From: the human T2T-CHM13v2.0 reference genome, Homo sapiens
Assembly (NCBI RefSeq): GCF_009914755.1
Contig: NC_060929.1
Direction: 5' to 3' (one strand)
DNA length: 64,000 nucleotides
The position numbers and the translations under genes are program-made. Under the pieces are notes generated by a model. It was not told the origin of the DNA. It saw only the letters and a program-made list of their open reading frames with translations, and searched no databases. Of this stretch, positions 1 to 13,541 are shown in pieces (the first letter of the stretch is position 1; every line of letters starts with the position of its first letter).

Positions 1-150
1 GAGCAGACCTAGGAAGGTTTGTCTGCTACATACAGTCAAGCTCTCGAGGCACAGGTGGGTGACCGTGAGAAAGAGGAAAGGTGTGCAGAAACCTCTCACT
101 TCCTCCCTCGCAGCAGACATGTTTAGCTTCAGGTTTAGCTTCAGTGATTT

Positions 151-365
151 CTTTTTTCTTTTTTTTTTTTTTTTAAGATGCAGTTTCACTCGCACCATGA
201 TACCTGGCTAATTTTTTGTATTTTTTGTATTTGTGTATTTTTTTTAGTAGAGATGGGGTTTCACCATGTTGGCCAGGCTGGTCTCAAACCCCTGGCCTCA
301 AGTGATCTGCCCACCTCAGCCTCCCAAAGTGCTGGGATTACAGGCATGAGCCACTGTGCCTCGCC
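151..365 (-). mobile_element. Alu (AluS/J-type) with most of the right monomer deleted
   Basis: Poly-T, then 'agatgcagtttcactcg' joined directly to 'caccatgatacctggctaatttttt', then an intact left arm ending 'gagccactgtgcctcgcc'; flanked by gtgattt at 144 and 366 (TSD). Confidence 0.9.
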
Positions 366-564
366 GTGATTTTTCTTTTTTTTAACTCAGTGGTTAGGCA
401 GGCTTTTTAAAATAGATATATTAAATAATCGATAAACATTTTGGGGACAGGGAGACACCTCCCAGGTATTGTGCAGGCATTACATATCTCCTCCCCTTAT
501 TGCGATGTGTATAATTTATCTTCTGGGAAAGGTGAATCCACATCTTATATAAAATCAAAGACAA

Positions 565-670
565 CTGACTTCAACCCCTTTCTAACAGTGTGACTTTGAC
601 TACCTTTCTATATCTCAGTTATTTTATTTGTAATATGGGCACAATACTAATAATAATGCTTTCCCCAAAG
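565..670 (+). mobile_element. MIR fragment
   Basis: 'cagtgtgactttg...tctcagttattttatttgtaatatgggcacaata' resembles the MIR core. Confidence 0.5.
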
Positions 671-1023
671 GAAATCCAAGCACAGAGCACTTCTGTTTAA
701 TGAGACCCTCTTTCTGGACTATAAAGACAGTGTATTCAAGTCTCAAACAAGTCTCCATTGATACACTTCATAGAAACACTGAAATCCTTCTTCACAATCA
801 GTAAAACAACATCGTTCCTGATGGGGCAATTACCCTGAGTGATCTAGTGGTGTAAAGTCAGGTGACTCAGAGAATAGGATAAATCAGACATGAAGCGAGG
901 AATTTTCAATGCAGAGCTTAAGCAGATACTATGAATGTCTGGTGAGGAACAGCTGTCGAAGGTGAAAAAAGACATGACAGGATTTTATTCTGATGTGGAC
1001 ATCTCTCTTAAAACTGTCTGATA

Positions 1024-1393
<370 letters not shown>

Positions 1394-1539
1394 CTATGAG
1401 TGTGGCACTAATTTAAAGATTATAAGGGAGAAATATGGTTTAACTTCAAGGAAGATATAATGTAATAGGGAAAAAATGACATTAAATCTAATAAAACAAC
1501 AATGGTATACCAGATTTTAGTAGCAATTAAATTCGTACT

Positions 1540-1745
1540 ATAGCAGTATTTTAAAATACAGTATTTTAAAAGAGAGCATTTAAAAATGCCATATTAGCTA
1601 TATTAACTATATTTAAAAATAGTTAAAAACATATTTTAAAGATAGTATTTAAAGATATTTTAATTAATTTATGTATTTAAATATATTTAAGATATGGTAT
1701 TTTAAAATATGGTATTTGTAGTATTTTAAATTATATTGCTATTTA
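1540..1745. repeat. AT-rich low-complexity tract
   Basis: Recurrent gtattttaaaa/atatttaa units. Confidence 0.6.
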
Positions 1746-1910
1746 TAATGACAACTGTAGTCAATATAACATGGTACGTGAGTAATTGCCATTAAATGGC
1801 ACAGTCGTTTAGAAAATGTAAAGCTCACCTCAGCTATGGTGGTGGGGACAGCTGTTACATTCTAGTTATTAAACAGCCTGTGTATTTTGCTTTATTTAGT
1901 CAGAATAAAA

Positions 1911-1914
<4 letters not shown>

Positions 1915-1959
<45 letters not shown>
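1915..1959 (+). repeat. (CA)n microsatellite
   Basis: About 22 uninterrupted AC units. Confidence 0.98.
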
Positions 1960-1965
<6 letters not shown>

Positions 1966-4032
1966 TTTACTCCTACAATTTCCCTCATATATCCCGAACT
2001 AAAAAGAAACTATAAATACAGCATGTTTTTATGAAATATTTCTAGCAGGTGTTTATGGTCTTAAAGTTTTAATAAATCAAGAAACAGGATGAAGAATGTA
2101 TCTTAAATTACCAGTTTTTGTTTAACATTTTCAAGAATGTTTATATGTTAAAACATTTTAAAACTGAGAAAGTGAAAAATGTTGCATGGGCAATAGAAAT
2201 AAAGCTGTCTTTATTGCTCCCTCTTGTCCAATTAGGAGAATTAATAATTCTCAAGACTTGCATTATACATTTCTTATATGTAGGTAACATAGAATGTTTC
2301 CCAATATGTTCTTATTTTATTATCACTGCTTGAATTTGGATATTGTAGTATTAAAGATATCCCACATAAAGAAGAATCATGTCCCACACAATGCTAATGA
2401 ATAGGTGCCTGGCAAAGGCCCATATTCACATTTCTGAGAACTGTTGATACAAAAAATAAAATTGTTGACTTCTGGTGTCTTTGTGAGCATAATTCTGGTG
2501 CATTAAAACCATGGTGTCTTTCTAAATCGAGAAACTATATAAGGAACATGACAGTAGAATTGTCAATTTTTAACTTTTTAAAAATCTCTTTTATTATAGA
2601 ATTTGAAGCAAATTTACTTGACCTAGATGTATAATATTTAAAAGGCAGTCTAATTCTTCTGGCAACATTGAACACAGTTTGACCTCAAAACTGACATTCA
2701 ACAGTTTGGGTGTGCAATTTAACTTTACATTGAGAGAGAGAGATCTTTAAAAAGTTTATTTAATATTAAAAATTAGCACGTTTTCTGATTTGAAGCCCAT
2801 CGGGATGTCAACACTTTCTAGCTTCCAATTCTCTTTAACCTAATGTATGAGGAACATGGCATTAATTAAACCTTTGTTATTTATCCAATCTGTGAACTTT
2901 TCAAGTTTGAGATTACCTAATTAGTCAGATTTCATGGTTGTTCTGTGACAAGCATTAAGACCATGTTGTTCAATTTAACTTATGACTTGTTACCACCATG
3001 TGATTAAAATGCTAGTAAGTCAGCTTATTTTACTCACTTTATTTTGAGGGAATAAAAGTGCTAAGGCATTTATATGAAATGTTGTCTTAAGAACCTAATT
3101 GAAGAATCTGTGGTGTTTTTAAGCCAGTAATTTGAAGGAGCACATTCTGTCTTTGAGAATGATGTCTTAGTAGGAACTAATTTCTACTGCAGCCACCGAA
3201 GGACATTGGCCAAGTATTCAGGGAGTAACATGAAATGAAACACATTTTTCATGAGGTATATTTATCCAGAAGACCAAATGTACCATGAGAAAATGTATTT
3301 TTTAGTTATTCACTTAAACTTGAGCTCACTGGAGTACCCCAAACCTCTCTGTGTCGTTTTAGAAACATGCTAATTATAAAGAGGTTAGAAGAGTCAACAT
3401 AGATTTTTGTATATGAAGTAATAACCAAAAACAATGTAAATAGTCAAAAATATTCCTAAATGTTTCAAATTTTATTTTGGTAAAGTAGAAAATAGAGGCA
3501 TTCATACCTTTATGAATTAGTTAGCAGGAAGAGAAATTTACTTAAGACTTGTACCTGTGTGAGATGTTCACATAGTACCCTACTCAGAATAAGCAGAGGA
3601 ATATAAACATTTGAATCTGGTAGTCAGTTGTATCCAGCTATTATACCTATAATTTATAGCTTCTAAATTATTTCTTTAATAAATCATCCATGGATTCTGG
3701 GTGTAATGCTGTTCAGTTCAGTCTGCTAACATCATCAGCACATATAAACTGAGTGAGTCTTTTGGCTGCTGAAATAGAGAAAAAACAAACAAAAACAAAT
3801 CAAAGCAACAGTAACAAAACACATAACCATGGGGCCTGTATTCAGAGAACAGACAGTAGTACCTGTACACTTTTGATTATTTTAATTACAGGCATAGTCA
3901 CTACAGTGGAGATGAATCAGCCTATTTCTTCATTTGTTTTGGCTCTCAATTTGCATACTGACTAGTGATACTTAATTTATGCCTATAGTTGTAAAAACAA
4001 CCTGAAAAATGTAGAGTGGAAACAGACTAAAG

Positions 4033-4540
4033 CAGGGTCTCTTAATAGTGGCACTACTAACTAATGTTTTGGGATAGATAATTTTTTGTTGTAGGGGATT
4101 CGTTTCCATCCCACCCAAATCTCATCTTGAATTGTAGCTCCCATAATTCCCACGTGTTGTGGGAGGGACCTGGTGGGAAATCATTGAATCATGGGGACAG
4201 TTTCCCCATACTGTTCTTAGGGTAGTGAATAAGTCTCATGAGATCTGGTGATTTTTATAAGGGGTTTCCCCTTTTGCTTGGCTCTCATTCTCTCTCACCT
4301 GCCGCCATGTAAGACATGCCTTTTGCTTTCTGCCATGATTGTGAGGCCTCTCCAGTCACATGGAACTGTGAGTCCATTAAACCTCTTTTCCTTTATAAAT
4401 CACCCCGTCTCGGGTATGCCTTTTTCAGCAGCTTGAAAATGAACTAATACACACCCTCTCTGTTGTGACAAGAAAAAATATCTCTAGATATTGTCAAATG
4501 TTCCCTGGGGAGCAAACTTACTCCTGGTTGAGACTCACTA
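4033..4540. mobile_element. MER20 (hAT-Charlie DNA transposon) split by a THE1 LTR; pieces 4033-4097 and 4452-4540
   Basis: 'cagggtctcttaatagtggcactac...gataattttttgttgtagggg' and 'gttgtgacaagaaaaaatatctctagatattgtcaaatgttccctggggagcaaa...ggttgagactcacta' match the two ends of MER20. Confidence 0.8.
4108..4451 (+). mobile_element. THE1 (THE1C-like) ERVL-MaLR solo LTR, about 20 bp of the 5' end missing
   Basis: 'cccacccaaatctcatcttgaattgtagctcccataattccc...attaaacctcttttcctttataaat...gaactaataca'. Confidence 0.9.
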
Positions 4541-5149
4541 CCTTAAGAATACCAAACATTGGGATGGATGCTATTTTATAAACTTTATCTTTCTTTTTGT
4601 GCCTTACCCTCTCTTTTGTGTATATGTGTTTTAGTTTCTGCATTGATTTACTGGTCCTCTCCTTAAGGAAAGACTTAACAAAAACATAACAATTAACTTT
4701 GCTCAGAATGAAAAAAAGTTATTACAAGACAGAAATAATAATATCTATTGGCTAGCTGTGAGTGTCCACTTTTGGGCTGTCCTATTAGAAAGTGGGAAAT
4801 AGAATAATTATTCACGGAGACAAAGCTTTTTCCTGGCAGTAAGTTCTAAAACAGATTTTTCATCTGGATATTTTTCCCCACTGAGGCATGGAAGGATAAA
4901 CATTTTAAATATAAAATTATATAGTTTATTTATATTACATGTCTCTTTCCTTTAGTAATGCTATCTTAAATCCGAGAGTACATGAATGACATCCAACTGA
5001 GGTCAGGTGCTTCTGTGAGGTGTTAACTATGATATGTCATTTATTTTTGTCAGGATTTTGGTTAGCACTAAATAGCTGACTAATATCTAGTTAAAGATTA
5101 TACTCTCTGAAAGAGACCTAGAGTGTAGATTCTTTATACTGCTCAGAAA

Positions 5150-5855
5150 GAAGCCCCAAATTTGGAAGTGATACAAACAAGATCAATACAAGTAAAATTA
5201 TACCTAAGCACATAATAGCAAACTGCTGAAAACTAAATATGTAAAAAGAAGAATCTTTAAAACATCCAGAGGAAAAGACACATTAATCACATGCAGGATT
5301 ATGGTACAAGAATTACAGCTGACCTCATCAGGAACAATGGATGCCAGAAAAAATGTAACATTAGCTTTAAAGTGCTACAAGGAAAATAAAAACGGTCACC
5401 TTAGAATTCTTTATCTACTAACTAACCCCTCCCCCAATTATAACAAAATAAAGACATTTATAGATGAGCAAAAGCTGAGAGACCAGCAGACTTGTATTAT
5501 AAGAAACTAAAGGAAGTTTTTCAGGATGAGGGAAATGATACTAGATAGAAACTTTAATGTACAGAAGAAACATGAGAAGAATCAGAAATGGTAAATATAT
5601 GGGTACGTATAAAGGACTGTTTTATCTTTTAAAAAAGTTCTTAAAATACCAAGTTATTTTTGAAATAGAAACAATGTGGTATTGTGGGATTTATAACAAA
5701 AGCACTAAAAAGGTGATTAAGAAGGATCATACTATTGTAAGGATCTTACATTTTACATGAAGTAATGTTTTAATTTGAGTATAACTGTGTTAAATTTGGG
5801 ACACATAATGTTATCCTGAAAGCTACCACCAGTAGATATTATGAAGAAGTATAGC
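5150..5855 (+). mobile_element. Old L1M fragment (ORF1 3' part and inter-ORF region)
   Basis: A-rich sequence 'cctaagcacataatagcaaactgctgaaaactaaa...gaattacagctgacctcatcaggaacaatggatgccagaa' typical of degraded L1 ORF1. Confidence 0.7.
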
Positions 5856-8689
5856 TGCATTAACCTAACACAATAACCCTAATTATGATTGATAACCCAT
5901 ACTCAGAGATTAGAATTTTAGAAATCCCATACAATTTTGGAACACATATTTACATTATTCACTAAAATATAACCTGAAGAAGATCAAACACCACATTATT
6001 TTGGCAACCCTATGTAACTTAATATGTCAAATAATCTTGTTCACCTCTCTATTGGATGCTCCATGGGCCCTCTGTAGCATCCAAAAGTTAGAGGTTAGAA
6101 AAGACAATTTTGAAGCTGAAATTTGATTTTTGGAAGCCTATCAAATATGTTAAAAGCCTAAAACACTTGATATTATAAAACATCAGATCAGTGCCTTAAG
6201 AAACCCTCTTTGTGCTTTTATTTCAATGTTCATTTTACAGAAAAACCAAATAATACACTTTTGAATTTAGTCAATATGTTCACATGCAGAATTCCTTTCA
6301 AGATCAATCTTTATAAGCATTCCACAATTTGTTTAAACCTTTAGCTTTATCTTATTTAAACCCTTATTAAAAAGGGTTGTTTTAATAACCCTCTAAACTA
6401 GGCAAAAATTTACGTTCCCATGCCTTCTTATACTCCTTTACTAAAGACACATTTTACTTTCATTACACACCTTGCATGTAAATCTATATTCAGTAGTCTC
6501 AATTACATGTTATAATGGTAACTCAGGCCATGGTAATTTAGCCCATATGTCTGCATTTTGAAAAGATTTTTATTTCTGAAAGGTTAAAGTCACGTGAACT
6601 AAAAGGCATTACAGATTTATTTTTCAGATTTTTCTTTCAAAATATTTAATCTAAGCACTTATTTTTTAAGCCAATCAGAACTCTTTTTTATATAAACATC
6701 ACACATATAACACATATATAACTACACAGACAGACAGAAGGACATCCAGTAGTTGTAAGATTTTTTCATGTGCCAATCTCTTAATTGGATTACTGGCCTC
6801 AGGCTGGAGCCCTTCAAGAATCAAGGCTAGGAAGCATGCAGCTTCTAAGGCCTAATAAGCAGGCATAGCTGGAAGACAAAAAATAGATTTTGAGAGGGAT
6901 CCCTCCACCTCTAATTCCTGGGTTTCCATGAGGGAAACAGAGGTTTTTCCCAAAACAGGATTAGTGGTGCCTCTTCCATTTTCCCAGGGAGTCCCAGGCC
7001 AGCAGAAGTCATGTTGGATCCCCTCATGGGTACATTGAGAGTGGCAAGACAAAAATGGAGAAAAATAATTCAGTCAACTGAGAAGAAAAAACCTTTTTCC
7101 AGAAAAACAAGATCCATGAAGAGGAAAGACATAAAGGCCCTTAAAATATACCTACAGCTTGGATATCTGTCTTTAATTAAGCTGACTTTTAACTGTAATG
7201 CTCCTTTTTTTAAGAAGTCCTTTTCAATCTCTTATTACCTGACCTTAGCCATACCAAATTGCCAATACTTCTGGCTTTTTAACTCATGAAGAGGCAGATA
7301 ATACAGTAATTTTTATATTCCTACAACTAATTTCCACAGAGAGAGAGGTCAGAAGTCTGACTGGCAAGAACTTTTACCCTTTTGCAGGCACGTCAGGCTC
7401 TGGGTTCCCTGTTCCTGAGCCATGGAGCCCTATTGACCCTGGAATCCTACGAAGGGGGAACAGAAAATGAGAAGTTTACCTTCTTCGAGAGGTTGCCAGG
7501 AAGTTTAAGGTTTGGGGAAATTAAACTCTTCCCAGTTTGAAAGATGCATCTGAGGGGAGAGTCCTGTGGTACAAAGATGTGATTACCCACCCGTGAAGAG
7601 AGGACACAGGAGGAAAAATGAAAAAACTTTTTTTTTCTCCAGTGTCTGAGGGTCAAAGGAGTTCTAGTGATTTAGGATGTGCTTGAGAGGAGTTCAGGCT
7701 GCAGATGGTTGGTTACTCACCTGGAAAGAGGGGAAAAAGTTATCCCTTTGTTCCTCTCTCTCTTCAGCAAATACTCAGGGTATGTGATGGAGAGAAAAAA
7801 AGCCATCCCTTTTTCTTTTTCCATCCTTATATCCCAGAGTCCCAGTGACCTTTGCAGGTGCCATCCCATGGGTGCAAGTGCAACCTTCACCCATGTAGCA
7901 GGGAGGACTAGTGAGTAGCAATATTCACAGTTACCTCTGTGTTGCCCTATCCTCCCACTGCCAGTAGCCTTGGGGTTCCCTAGACCTTATCTATGTCATG
8001 GATGTGAGCATGACCTCCATCCATGGAGGGGGAGGGCCTAATCAGCAGGAATTAGTCATGCTCACCTGAGCTGTGCCCCTCGATTCCAGCTGTCATCTGC
8101 CTCAGGTCTAGTGTTCTGTTCCAGGGCTTCAAACCAAAGCTCGGGACAAAAAGATGCCTCAGAAGGGTGTATGGATTCATTAAATTAGTCCCAGGTGGCC
8201 CTCGGCAAATCACAGCCAGCAACTGGCAGGGGCAGCTCCTCTGTTGTTTCTCTGTCATAAGCAACTGAGTCTGTGGGACCAGGCCCTCCTCAAACAAGGG
8301 AGAGAAAGTGAGTCCCTGGAATTGGAGACCTGGCCTAATAAGGTGCCTCCTGAAAGGAAAAAAGCTAACCCCTCACATAGAAAAATTCCCTGTATTCATA
8401 GGATTATGTTGAGTCCTGACATGGAGGAGGAAGGAGACCTGAGATGCCTCTCGCAGTTGTGCTAAGAGAGAAGGGGGCCTAGATTGGAGAGGAGAAGTGA
8501 AAGGCCTGCTGCAGTGTCCAGGAGGAGGTCCACCTTCTTCCCTTGGACTTCCAGAATCACCTGGGGCTCCTGAATGGTAATGGTGGTCTGAACCACAGAT
8601 GACGGGGAGAGGAGCCTCAGGACCTATCAGCCCTGTTGGACCATTTTGGAGACTGGCTCTGGACTTGGTGGCCTGTGTCTCTGGAGACA

Positions 8690-9973
8690 GTGCACTTTCC
8701 AGTGGTCCCCATTGCAAATTAGACAGGGTCAAGGTGGCTTCCTCCTGCTGTCCAGACAGTCCTTCCTAAACTGCCCTGGCTTACCACATTTGTAGCAGTT
8801 AGCAGGTGCATCTCAGGGACTCTGGGGTTTGTGAGCCTGCCACATAGCTATCAGAGCCTCTGCCTTTTTCTTTTATTTTCTTTCCATTTTTCTGGACTTC
8901 CTCCTGGTCCCTATTGTAAAAGACTGAGGTGGCCACTTTCAGAAAGCTCTTTAAAGTACTATCTGGTCCTTTAGCCTGTTTCTGTAACTTGCTCCTGATA
9001 TCAGGGGGCTGCCTGTGTCATAAAGTTATCTTTTAGGCTTAGCTGTCCCTTGACTGAATCAGGAGATAGAGAGGTATGCTTTATCAAGGCCCCTCTTAGC
9101 CTATCCAGGAAGGTAGTGGGATTTTCATCTAATCCCTGGTCTACCATGGATAGCTTGGTGTAATTGAGGGGCTTTGTCCTAGCCCTTCGTAAGCCCTCCA
9201 ATATGCACACCTGAAAGTGTTTCCTCTTCCATTCTCCCATTTCATCATTGGGGTCTCATTTAGGGTCCTCTAATGGTACTGCTGTTCTTCCAATTGGATA
9301 AAACTCCTCCCCTTCATTGGCTCTATATAACATATAAACCTCATCCTCAAAGTTCTCTGTCACTTGCAGGGTGGTCTGCTTTTCAGTGGTGGTCAGAGTT
9401 TGGTTCCAAAGTGATATGACATCCTTCCAGGAGAGTTCAAATACTTGGGTTAAGTTCTGGAAAGCCTCTATATACCTGTCAGGGCCATCTGAAAACTTGC
9501 CAAGATCCTGCTTCATTTAACTTAAGTCCTGTAGAGAAAAGGGGACCTGTCCTTTAATGGGGCCATGTTCATCAGGCTTCTGTTGTAGGGGCAGGAGTGA
9601 GACAGGCACCTGCTTAAAATGAGGATTTTTAGGCTGGAGAAAGCTTGAGAGAATCTGGATAGGGAGGAGCAGAGGGGCTTGATTACCCCGCTGGAGGTAC
9701 CACTGGGGTTTGCTTCCCTATTTCCCTGGGATTGTCCCTTACAGCCTCTCCTGAGATGACCACTAGGAGGACTGAATCAATTCTACAACATCAACAAAGG
9801 TCCGGGTTATCCTGCGAGGCAAAGAAGGCCTGCACATGTAGGACCCTGAACCACTTGCCCTTCCATGTACAGAAAAGATCCAGCTGCAAGATGGTATTGA
9901 AATTAATGCTTCTCTCCTGAGGCTGTGCTTCTTTTCTGTGCCTCAAGGGGCTTGGCGCTAAGTTGGCAACCAA
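8690..9973 (-). pseudogene. gag: Degraded ERV gag (MA-CA-NC fragments; ERV9/HERV-W/HUERS-P3-like)
   Basis: ORF pieces [14 protein letters not shown] (9791-9973), KQDLGKFSDGPDRYIEAFQNLTQVFELSWKDV (9256-9516), QGLDENPTTFLDRLRGALIKHT (MHR-like, 9001-9240); two Zn-knuckle remnants CYKCGKPGQFRKDC and CLICNGDHWKVHC at ~8690-8800; stops and frameshifts throughout. Confidence 0.88.
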
Positions 9974-10076
9974 GGATATGACAAGAACATTTTTGCCACA
10001 AATTTACACACAGATGCCAAGGCACACTTTGCTTCATCTGTACTTCTCTTAACCTTCCATTTTATACTTTTGATGA

Positions 10077-10425
<349 letters not shown>

Positions 10426-10723
10426 TGCAACAACATTCTTAATATTGTGTATAAAGAAGGTATAGGTACCATGAGAGCCATGAAAGAAAGAGAGAAAGAA
10501 TGATAGGAAAGACTGGAGGTCCTAGAGCTGACAACCTAATGAGCAGCTGGGGACTGGAGTTAGTCCAGAAGACTTTTGATAATACTGAGGTGTAGCCTTT
10601 GCCAGATACCCTCAGTTTCCCCAGGACTTCCTTCCAGTCTCACACAATGCCTAGACCTCCATAAAGGAAAGAGGACTGGAACAAAGCCAACATTTCCAAT
10701 ACCTGAGGGTGATGGGGGATTGA

Positions 10724-11052
<329 letters not shown>

Positions 11053-11204
11053 TCCTCCTTATCTTAAGTCTGGCGGCCACACTACTTGCTTTTAACTGGC
11101 TGACAGAGGCCCGGTATTTTTCTTTCATTTTAGCTATTGTGAAGTTTAAGAACTCTGAAAAAAGGACCAAAAGGACAGATTCTCTTTTACTCACCCTTCT
11201 GCAG

Positions 11205-11222
11205 ATTCTGGATGAGCCCCCA
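11205..11222 (-). promoter_or_regulatory. Retroviral primer-binding site, tRNA-Pro
   Basis: Minus strand tgggggctcatccagaat vs the tRNA-Pro complement TGGGGGCTCGTCCGGGAT (15/18, all mismatches G>A), 3 nt after the LTR end; a splice donor aggGTGAGT follows about 10 nt downstream. Confidence 0.85.
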
Positions 11223-11225
11223 AGA

Positions 11226-13541
11226 TGTTATGGGATCTTTGGGTTTCCTTTTTCTGGCCAGAAACATCTGTGGCTGGTCGTGCCTTTGCCTGAGTTTTGC
11301 TTGGACCCACTGGGTTCATTCCTCCCATTTGGCCTGGCAGGCTGCACTTGGCTCACACTACCAGCCTGGATCCCCCGCCTCAAGGGCGAGTCAGGCATGG
11401 AATGGTGAGGGGTGAGAGTAAGCATGGGGTCTGGCCACTGTGCGCAGTGAGATACACTGGTTGCTGCCATGGGGTGGGAAGCTCCAGGTGCTGGTATGGG
11501 CACTGGCTCTCTGTGAGTCTGTGGCTGGAGCAGTCGCATTGCAAGCAGCTTCCCTGGTGGCACTTGGGAATGCAGTGGCACCCAGAAGCTTGAAGACACC
11601 AGGAACCACAGGGCCCCAAAGAGAGAGTCACAGACCAGGCTCAGGGAGCTCCTAGGTCTAGGCTCCCTGAAGGGCTGCAGCTCTTTTCTCCTTCTCTTTG
11701 CCCACCATGTGGCAAGCAGGGGGCAGGTTTCAGCCCTGTTTGTGTTACAGCTCTTTTAGCCTCACCATTCAGCAGGTACTGAGTTCTTGTCCTGTGACCA
11801 GGAAGAATGAGGTATACAGACAAGTGGAGGGTGAGCAAGATGAAGAGGAGCTTTATTGAGTGATAAAACTGCTCAGAGGAGATGTGCAGTGGGTAGCTCC
11901 TTTCTGCAGTCAGGGTGTCCCAACAAGTGTTGAGCTCCTAGCAGAGAGGAGATGCTAGAATGAGGAGGTCCTCTCTGCAGGCAGGTGGTTTTGTTGTCTC
12001 TGCAGCTCTCAGCAGAGAGGAGGCCCTAGAGTGGGTGGCTCATCTCAGCAGGCAGGTCATCCTATTGTCTCCCTGTTGTCTCTCTGTCCTCTCTTCCAGC
12101 CTGGCTGAGTCCAGGGGTTTGGGGGGTGGTTATGGGCCTTACAGGGGAGGAAGTGCATGCTGGTTGGTTCAGGGGTGGCTAAGGATGGACCCAAGGAAAA
12201 GCACTGCAAGTTCCCCCTCTGGTCCACAGGACTGTCAGCCCAGCCCTCAGGCTTTAGGCCCTCTCCAGCCTGAAGGTGGGGCTTCACCAGGGACCTGCTC
12301 TCTTCTGCCCAGAAGCCTGTCTCCTGCCACCATTCATGGCACCCAGTCTGTTAATGCCAAGGGATGCCTGCAAGCCAGTGCCAGGCTGTCTTCAGCCTTC
12401 CCTTTGCCTCCTTCCCATGCTTATTGGTGCCCAAAGTTGGGAGGGGGCTGAGGCGGCAGGGGGCTGTCATGTCATCACTGCCCCAAGCCTGGGCACACCT
12501 GGCCTGGCCAATGCCCAGGCTCAGCCCTGATCTCACTCTGAGATTGGAGCAGGCTCTGACAGTGGGAAGAAGCCAGCTAGTGGGAGCAGGCACCTCTGAG
12601 CCTGCTGGGGACAGAGGGCCTTCCCTGGCCCCCAAGAGCATGAAGATTCCCAGGGCCTGAGCTGTGGGAGGTGGCTACAGCTGCACCTGGGGAGCTCCTG
12701 CCCCACCAACTTGGAAGGGACAGGGCTCCCACTTGTCCCCAGCTTCTGCCAGCTCCATGGAGCATGCAGCCCTGGCTGCACCTCCTTGCAGCCTGGGGCG
12801 GGGGCTCCAGGTCCTCACTGGGCCCCTCTCTGGCCACTCACTCTGGCCCCCTCCTGTTCTGCATTTAAGTGTTCAGCAGTTGCAGGGTGCCATGGTCCCC
12901 AGCAGGTGCACCCAAGGAGCAGTTGGCAATGTGAGTGCTGACCCCAGCTGGGAGTGTCGCCTGAGCTGCCAAGGCTGTGCCCTGGCTCCAGGAGGAACCA
13001 CATAGCTCACAGTAGGACCATGTCATCCCTGGTGCTGGCAGTGGTGCTGATGGCGGTGATGGAGGCAGGTCCCAATGGTGGTGCAGGCAAGAGGGGCAGC
13101 GGTGGGGATGCCAACTCCTCAGGGTCTTTCTGGGGACCGCCACGATGCCCAACTATGCTGCTCTTCTGCTGGTGGGTGGCTTGGTCCAGCCCCATCGCAG
13201 TGGCCCCTAGGATGGCAGGCTCTGCGGGGCTCCCAAGGGCGGGCTCTGGGGACTGTCTGACTTTTCCCCACGCCCTTCCCACACTGGTGGTGGGTGAGAG
13301 CAGTGACATGGGGCCAGGGTCTGGAGCGGAGGAGGATCCAAGCCTGAAGGTGTGTCCTGCCCAGCCGGGTAATGGTGGGGGTGGCACAGTCAGCTGCCTC
13401 AGGGATGCAGAGTGTAGGGCACAGGGTTCCCACTGCTGCCACTGCTGCTCCTGCAGCCACTCCTGCTGTCACCTCCTATGCCTCCCTACTGCAGTCAACA
13501 TGATAGAAGTGGCCTCTATGGACGGCCTGCCACTGCCATCA
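11226..13541 (-). mobile_element. MER52-family long 5' LTR (MER52D-like, ~2.3 kb)
   Basis: Minus strand starts TGATGGCAGTGGCAG and ends ...CCCATAACA (TG..CA); GC-rich but CpG-depleted; AATAAA near 11855; collinear with the solo LTR at 29167-30762. Confidence 0.88.

Noticed and set aside
11226-13541. CpG island / host gene promoter
   Set aside because: GC-rich but CpG-depleted (TG/CA excess), consistent with a long-methylated LTR.
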